64,000 bases of DNA from contig CAVUXE010000052.1 in NCBI GenBank assembly GCA_963745235.1, positions 64,001 through 128,000 on the forward strand, given 5' to 3'. The DNA is from an uncultured Spirochaetota bacterium. Its GTDB lineage: Bacteria; Spirochaetota; Spirochaetia; SZUA-6; Fen-1364. The position numbers and the translations under genes are program-made. This document shows positions 59,300 to 64,000 of the stretch, in pieces. A model generated the notes under the pieces. That model had not been told where the DNA came from, searched no databases, and worked only from the letters and a program-made list of their open reading frames with translations. How positions within the stretch are numbered: position 1 is the first letter of the stretch; every line of letters starts with the position of its first letter.

Positions 59300-59883
59300 G
59301 ACTGGCTTGCTGGCTCTTTGCGGTTGTACGTGTTCATCACTTTTTCCGGCCCATGCTGGACCAGCGTCAGGACAGCGTCCACTGCCTTGCCTACCCCTTC
59401 GGCCATCAGGGCGGCCTCGTCCCTGCCCGGAGGCGTGAGGACGTGGCCAATGACTTTTCCCTTGTGCGACGGCCTTCCGATGCCAACCGTCAGGCGCATG
59501 AACTCCTCCGTGCCCAGAGCCTGGATGACAGATTCCAATCCCTTCTGGCCGCCGGAAGAGCCGCGAAGCCGGAACCTGCAGTTTCCGGGGGAGAGATCCA
59601 AGGTGTCGCAAACAACCACCAGCTCAGCCGGTGAGCTCCCCGTCTCCCTGAGCGCCTCACGGACGGCCTTTCCAGAGTTGTTCATGAAGGTCAACGGCTT
59701 GAGAAGGTAGAAGCTTCCGCCCCCCGCAGACGCCTTTGTGATGCTGTAGGAGCGGAAAAGCTTCTTCCTGAAGGAAACGCCAAGGCGTTCCGCCAGACTG
59801 TCCACGACCGAGAACCCGACGTTGTGGCGGGTATCCGCGTACCTCTCGCCGGGATTCCCCAGACCGACGACGACCAGGGGCAG
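59296..59883 (-). CDS. pth: Peptidyl-tRNA hydrolase (probable CTG start)
   Basis: In-frame 'LVVVGLGNPGERYADTRHNVGF', 'KPLTFMNNSG', 'RLTVGIGRP'. Confidence 0.9.
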   Translation of the reverse strand: MPLVVVGLGNPGERYADTRHNVGFSVVDSLAERLGVSFRKKLFRSYSITKASAGGGSFYLLKPLTFMNNSGKAVREALRETGSSPAELVVVCDTLDLSPGNCRFRLRGSSGGQKGLESVIQALGTEEFMRLTVGIGRPSHKGKVIGHVLTPPGRDEAALMAEGVGKAVDAVLTLVQHGPEKVMNTYNRKEPASQS

Positions 59884-59886
59884 GGA

Positions 59887-60546
59887 CTACTCCTCTTTCT
59901 CCTCTGATTCCTCGGTGGCTTCGCCCTCTCCCTCCGCAGCGGCCTCTCCTTCCGCGGGGACTTCGCCTTCCACGGGTACGGGAGCGACTTCCTCTTCCGC
60001 CTTCCGATGGGCCACGAGGCAGACAACCTGGTCCGGGGCCAGAAGCACCCTGAGACCAGGCGGCAGCGTGAGGTCCCTGACGTGGAGCGCCCGATCGAGA
60101 GCAAGCTCCGAAATGTCCAGGATGATCTCTTCCGGCAGGTCCTTCGGGAGGCACTCCACGTCAAGCTCGCGCAGCTGCGTCTCGAGGATACCGCCTTCCT
60201 TCACGCCAACGGGGTTGCCCGTCAGGCGGATGGGGACCCTCGTCCGCAGAGCCTTGCCCTTCTCGAACTCGTAGAAGTCGACATGGAGGATCTGCCCGGT
60301 GAGGTTGTCCCTCTGGTAGTCCTTGACCAGCACTTCATGAACGCCTTCCGGCATGCGCAGCTCGACGATGGTGTTCTCCGTGATCCTCTTGAAAGCATTC
60401 CTGAACTCGCGGGCATCTACGGTGATGGCCGTGGGTGAGGTGTGCCCGTAGATGACCGCGGGGATCTTTCCATCACGCCGCAGCCGGCCGGCGGCCGACT
60501 TGCCGCCTCCCTGGCGTGACTCGACATTCAGTTTCTTCGCTTCCAT
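59887..60546 (-). CDS. rplY: 50S ribosomal protein L25/Ctc
   Basis: AAGGAG SD; 'RLRRDGKIPAVIYG', 'ILHVDF', 'GVKEGG', acidic tail. Confidence 0.95.
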   Translation of the reverse strand: MEAKKLNVESRQGGGKSAAGRLRRDGKIPAVIYGHTSPTAITVDAREFRNAFKRITENTIVELRMPEGVHEVLVKDYQRDNLTGQILHVDFYEFEKGKALRTRVPIRLTGNPVGVKEGGILETQLRELDVECLPKDLPEEIILDISELALDRALHVRDLTLPPGLRVLLAPDQVVCLVAHRKAEEEVAPVPVEGEVPAEGEAAAEGEGEATEESEEKEE

Positions 60547-60665
60547 GCAAAGACTCCTTGGTAGCCTCGTCTCCCCGCCAGGGAAGCGAAGCAGATATGT
60601 GCCTGGGGCCGCCGCAACCCACCCGTGGCACCGGGTGAGCGGCGGCCGTACCGCCTGCACGATCG

Positions 60666-60738
60666 CTGGGACGGCAGGATTCGAACCTGCGAAATGCCGG
60701 AACCAAAATCCGGTGGCTTACCGCTTGCCGACGTCCCA
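60666..60738 (-). tRNA. tRNA-Gln(TTG)
   Basis: TGGGACG acceptor stem, anticodon arm CCGGA-TTTTGGT-TCCGG, GGTTCGAAT T-loop. Confidence 0.95.
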
Positions 60739-60821
60739 AGGCGGCGCGGGTTTGAAGCATCTGGCTGCCTCCGCGCCCGGAACCCGGAGCCCTCCCGCGT
60801 GAGGGGCCGCTGCGGCCAGGC

Positions 60822-61175
60822 TCAGCCCGGCTCCGGCTCCCCGCTCTCGAGGGGCTCACCGTCATCCGAAGCGCCATCCGAGAGCGTCACATCCATATCC
60901 TGGCCCGAAATATGCTGTTCTCCGCCCCCTTTGTCAAACTCCTCCAGGATTTTCGCCTGGATTTTCCTGCGGAACTCGGAGTTGATGGGATGGGCAATGT
61001 CCTTGAACTCCCCATCCCGCGTCTTCCTGCTCGGCATCGCCACGAACCGACCGAACTGGCCCATGATGATCTTGAGGTTGTGCACGACGAAGCAGTTGTC
61101 GAAGGTGATCGTGACGTACGCCTTCAGCTTGTTGTCAGACTCTACCTTCTTGATGCGAATGTCCGTTATCTCCAT
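60822..61175 (-). CDS. spoVG: SpoVG family DNA/RNA-binding protein
   Basis: GGGAGG SD; 'MEITDIRIKK', 'FVAMPSRK', 'FKDIAHPIN'. Confidence 0.95.
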   Translation of the reverse strand: MEITDIRIKKVESDNKLKAYVTITFDNCFVVHNLKIIMGQFGRFVAMPSRKTRDGEFKDIAHPINSEFRRKIQAKILEEFDKGGGEQHISGQDMDVTLSDGASDDGEPLESGEPEPG

Positions 61176-61417
61176 GGGTGGCCTCCCACTGGCGAATCCG
61201 CATCTGGCCATTCTAACAGACGGCGGGAAGGGAAGCAAGAGGCGCGGAAAAGGGTGAAAAGGGTGCGGAAAAGGGGCCCGAAGTGGCGCCGCGCCCGTGC
61301 CTTTTCCGTGATTCAACGATCCCACGTTTGAAAGGAAAAAACTAGTTGACAAGTCTCAAAATCTGGACGTAGATTCAGCTGGGTTTCATACTTCACGGGC
61401 TCAGACGGGGTGTAAAC

Positions 61418-61819
61418 ATGCTGGAAAATATGAGAAACAATGACGGCGAGATCCCGGCCGGATTCCTCCCGTATTCCCTGGCAAAGGGCAAAGGAAAAGA
61501 AGAAGAAGAGCCCGCTTCCGGTGGAGATGAGGAGGAAGAAGATCTGGACGAGGACTTCGATGACTACGAGGATGATCTCGAAGAGGACTATGACGAGGAA
61601 GAAATAGAAGAAGAGGAAGACGAGGATTTCGAAGAGGACCTCGATGAGGACTTCGAGGAAGAAGAAGAGGAAGAAGAGGAGGAGGAAGAGGAAGAGGAGG
61701 AAGACGAAGAGGATTTTGACGAGGACGAGGAAGAAGAAGAATACGACGAGGAAGACTATCTCGACGAAGAAGAATACGACATTGACGAAGACCTCGACTA
61801 CGAGGACTTCGACCAGTAA
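61418..61819 (+). CDS. Extremely acidic small protein (about 64% Asp/Glu)
   Basis: Open 133-codon frame with mixed GAA/GAG/GAC/GAT codons; upstream TTGACA-N18-TAGATT at 61347-61376. Confidence 0.7.
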   Translation: MLENMRNNDGEIPAGFLPYSLAKGKGKEEEEPASGGDEEEEDLDEDFDDYEDDLEEDYDEEEIEEEEDEDFEEDLDEDFEEEEEEEEEEEEEEEEDEEDFDEDEEEEEYDEEDYLDEEEYDIDEDLDYEDFDQ

Positions 61820-62166
61820 GGGATGCGCTCTGCCTTGAACCAGAGCCGTTCCAGGTCATAAAAGTCCCGCTGTTCCTTTTCCATCAAGTGCACAATGAAG
61901 TCCCCGCAATCCAGAAGAAGCCACCCGTTGACCGCCGACCGGCGGTGATGACCCCGCGGTTGGATTCCGCGGGAATTGAAGAACTCAGTCAGCTCCCGAA
62001 GGAGCCCGGCGAGGTGAGCCGAGCTGCGCGCCGTGGTGATGACGAAAAAGTCGGCAAACGTGGATGTGCCCGTGATGTCCAGCACCACGGTGTCCTCTCC
62101 CTTGTGATCCGTGATCAGCCGGGCCGCCTCGAGGACGGTATCCCTACTGTTTGACGAACCTGCCAT
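61798..62166 (-). CDS. rsfS: Ribosome silencing factor
   Basis: 'DHKGEDTVVLD', 'ADFFVITT', 'WLLLDCGDFIVH', 'FYDLERLW'. Confidence 0.93.
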   Translation of the reverse strand: MAGSSNSRDTVLEAARLITDHKGEDTVVLDITGTSTFADFFVITTARSSAHLAGLLRELTEFFNSRGIQPRGHHRRSAVNGWLLLDCGDFIVHLMEKEQRDFYDLERLWFKAERIPYWSKSS

Positions 62167-63331
62167 CGAAGTCCCTTCCCAGGATCACCGTGACATCGAC
62201 CGCCTGGTCCATCTGAGGGTCCGGCTTGGAGTAGATCCTGGTGCACTTGATGATATCAGCCACCTTTTTTGCGTCATCCAGCTTGCCCTTGCGATCAAGA
62301 ACCACTGTATTCTGATACTGGTCGTTGTCGGCGTTGCTCGCGGGCATGACCTCCATGTCATAGCTTTGCAGCAGGTCCCGTGCGCGCGTGGCCAGCCCGG
62401 GAGTCTTTGTGCCGTTCAGGACCTCCACCGTTATGGAGAGTGAATCAGGGGCCACGAACTCGCTGGAGGCGTTCGCGGCAACAGCCTGTTTCACCGCTTG
62501 TTTCAGGAGCTCCCCCTCCTGGTGGGGGAAGAGAAGGTCACGGCCGTCCACGGCGCGGGTGGTGCCAAGGACCCGCTGCAGCACCATGCGCTCGGAATCG
62601 AAGCGGCCCATCTCCTGCACAAAAGAGGCGAGGGCGCGGAGGGAAAGGTTGGTTCGCACGATCGAGCGGAGGACCCGGAGGGAGGGACGCTGGAGGAGGA
62701 AGGCATTCTTTTCACCCAGCCCCTTCAACAGGGATTGGAGAAACTTCTGCCGCCTGCCGATCATGTCCGCGTCGGTCTCCAGCGGGTCCACATAGCTGAT
62801 GTATTCCCGGGCCTTCTCCCCGTCCAGGACCACGCTGCCGGAAGGCAGCAGCACCCGCTTCCCGTCACGCGTGAGGTCCACCGCGTTCGGGATGAACACA
62901 TCCACGCCGCCGATGAGGTCAACCAGCTTCCCGACGTCGTCGCCGCCGATGTCTATGACACAGGAAATCCCCACGCCCAGAAGGTTCTCGATCCTGGATT
63001 TCAGCTCCGCCGGGTTTGACCGTCGGTAGAGCGCATCCAGGCCGTCAACCTTGTTGAGCCGGGGGATGACGCCGCCAAGGTTTGCCGGCACGTAGAAGAG
63101 CGATCCCTTGCGGGTATCCGGCGTATAGAAGAACACCTCGAAAAACTGCGCCCTCTCACCATCTGAGAAGATGAACAGGGTGTTCAGGGGAAGCTTCTTC
63201 TTCAAGGCATCCGTGATCTGATCAACGCGAAGCTGAAGGTACGCGTACACGGCGGAGGCGGCGATGACAAGGACGATGAGGGCCAGGAGGATCACGCTGC
63301 GGTCCGGCTTGCGGCTTCTTCTCTCAAGCAT
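62144..63331 (-). CDS. LCP (LytR-CpsA-Psr) family protein with LytR_C domain
   Basis: N-terminal TM; 'LVDLIGGV', 'RRQKFL'; 'VEVLNGT..GLA', 'DVTVILGRDF'. Confidence 0.85.
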   Translation of the reverse strand: MLERRSRKPDRSVILLALIVLVIAASAVYAYLQLRVDQITDALKKKLPLNTLFIFSDGERAQFFEVFFYTPDTRKGSLFYVPANLGGVIPRLNKVDGLDALYRRSNPAELKSRIENLLGVGISCVIDIGGDDVGKLVDLIGGVDVFIPNAVDLTRDGKRVLLPSGSVVLDGEKAREYISYVDPLETDADMIGRRQKFLQSLLKGLGEKNAFLLQRPSLRVLRSIVRTNLSLRALASFVQEMGRFDSERMVLQRVLGTTRAVDGRDLLFPHQEGELLKQAVKQAVAANASSEFVAPDSLSITVEVLNGTKTPGLATRARDLLQSYDMEVMPASNADNDQYQNTVVLDRKGKLDDAKKVADIIKCTRIYSKPDPQMDQAVDVTVILGRDFDGRFVKQ

Positions 63332-63902
63332 TCCGAGTGAGCTCCTCGTGCAGGGCCTTCGCGGCGGGGGCTATCTCCCGCGACTGGGCGCGCACGTGAT
63401 GAATCTTCCTTTCCAGAACGGCGAGCACCATCTCGTCGAGGCTCAGCGCGAGAGTCCGCCGTCGGAACTCCGGGGACACGAACTCCCGCGTCGGCTCAAG
63501 GTAGTCTGCCGCAAAGACGATCTTGGAAAGGTTTCCCATCCCCGCGCGACCCGTGATGTGGTCCCGGATGGCATCCAGGGCAACGGGGTCGGAATAGCCG
63601 GTGTCCTTCTGAAGTATTGCCGCCCCGGCTCGACCGTGGAGGAGCAGGGGGTTCTCACGCTCCCAGGAGGCCAGGGGCAGACCATCGCCCTCGCACAAGA
63701 GCAGTATCTCGGAGGTCTCCAGCTCGCGTCCCAGGTCGTGACACATTCCCGCGATGTACCCCTTTTCTTCGTCCACGTGGAAGCGGTCGCAGAGCTCGCA
63801 GCTCAGCCGGGCAACCTCGCGGGAGTGGGAAAGCCGGGGCCGTGAGAGGCTGGCCTCCGCGAGCGCCGCGGCCCGGGAACGCCACACATTCCTTTCATCC
63901 AT
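63324..63902 (-). CDS. yqeK: YqeK-like HD hydrolase (Ap4A hydrolase)
   Basis: 'RLSHS', 'CHDLG', 'LLHG', 'DH.TG', 'ADYLEP'; downstream of nadD. Confidence 0.85.
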   Translation of the reverse strand: MDERNVWRSRAAALAEASLSRPRLSHSREVARLSCELCDRFHVDEEKGYIAGMCHDLGRELETSEILLLCEGDGLPLASWERENPLLLHGRAGAAILQKDTGYSDPVALDAIRDHITGRAGMGNLSKIVFAADYLEPTREFVSPEFRRRTLALSLDEMVLAVLERKIHHVRAQSREIAPAAKALHEELTRNA

Positions 63903-64000
63903 ACAGCTTGTTCGCCTTTATGTAGTCCAGCACTCCGTCGGGAAGAAGGAAGCGCACCGAGTGACCCTCGGAAATCCGGCGGCGGATCTCTGAGGAGGAT
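63895..64000 (-). CDS. nadD: Nicotinate-nucleotide adenylyltransferase, C-terminal end (partial)
   Basis: Translates 'SSSEIRRRISEGHSVRFLLPDGVLDYIKANKLYG*'. Confidence 0.88.
   Translation of the reverse strand, partial: SSSEIRRRISEGHSVRFLLPDGVLDYIKANKLYG

Noticed and set aside
61244-61277. GAAAAGGG triple repeat upstream of spoVG
   Set aside because: Short purine-rich low-complexity repeat; no further evidence of function

Overview
GC-rich bacterial chromosome segment, most likely from a Spirochaetota member. This is inferred from the gene orders nadD-yqeK-LCP-rsfS and spoVG-tRNA-Gln-rplY-pth-tilS-ftsH, and from spirochete-type PilZ, TPR and outer-membrane proteins. Housekeeping genes include PBP1A, gcvH, mutL, ttcA, lepA, ftsH, tilS, pth and rplY. 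The window also holds a 9-gene operon for a complex-I-like group 4 [NiFe]-hydrogenase, three tRNA genes, and a ~6.2 kb decayed element integrated in tRNA-Pro(CGG). That element has 47-bp att repeats, tandem tyrosine recombinases, a fused restriction-modification gene and several gene fragments. Many genes, including essential ones, carry single-base frameshifts that look like long-read indel errors. Most notable candidates: (1) a 1,670-aa protein with collinear motifs of the T9SS translocon SprA, followed by two paralogous beta-barrel genes, in a phylum where T9SS is not expected; (2) a ~100-nt intergenic sRNA candidate with a sigma28-like promoter, an anti-Shine-Dalgarno loop and its own terminator; (3) a ~64% acidic small protein transcribed divergently from spoVG; (4) a pore-less voltage-sensor/HAMP protein; (5) pth lying in frame behind the rplY stop codon with only a CTG start. 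All family calls come from motif recognition by eye; no database search was run.
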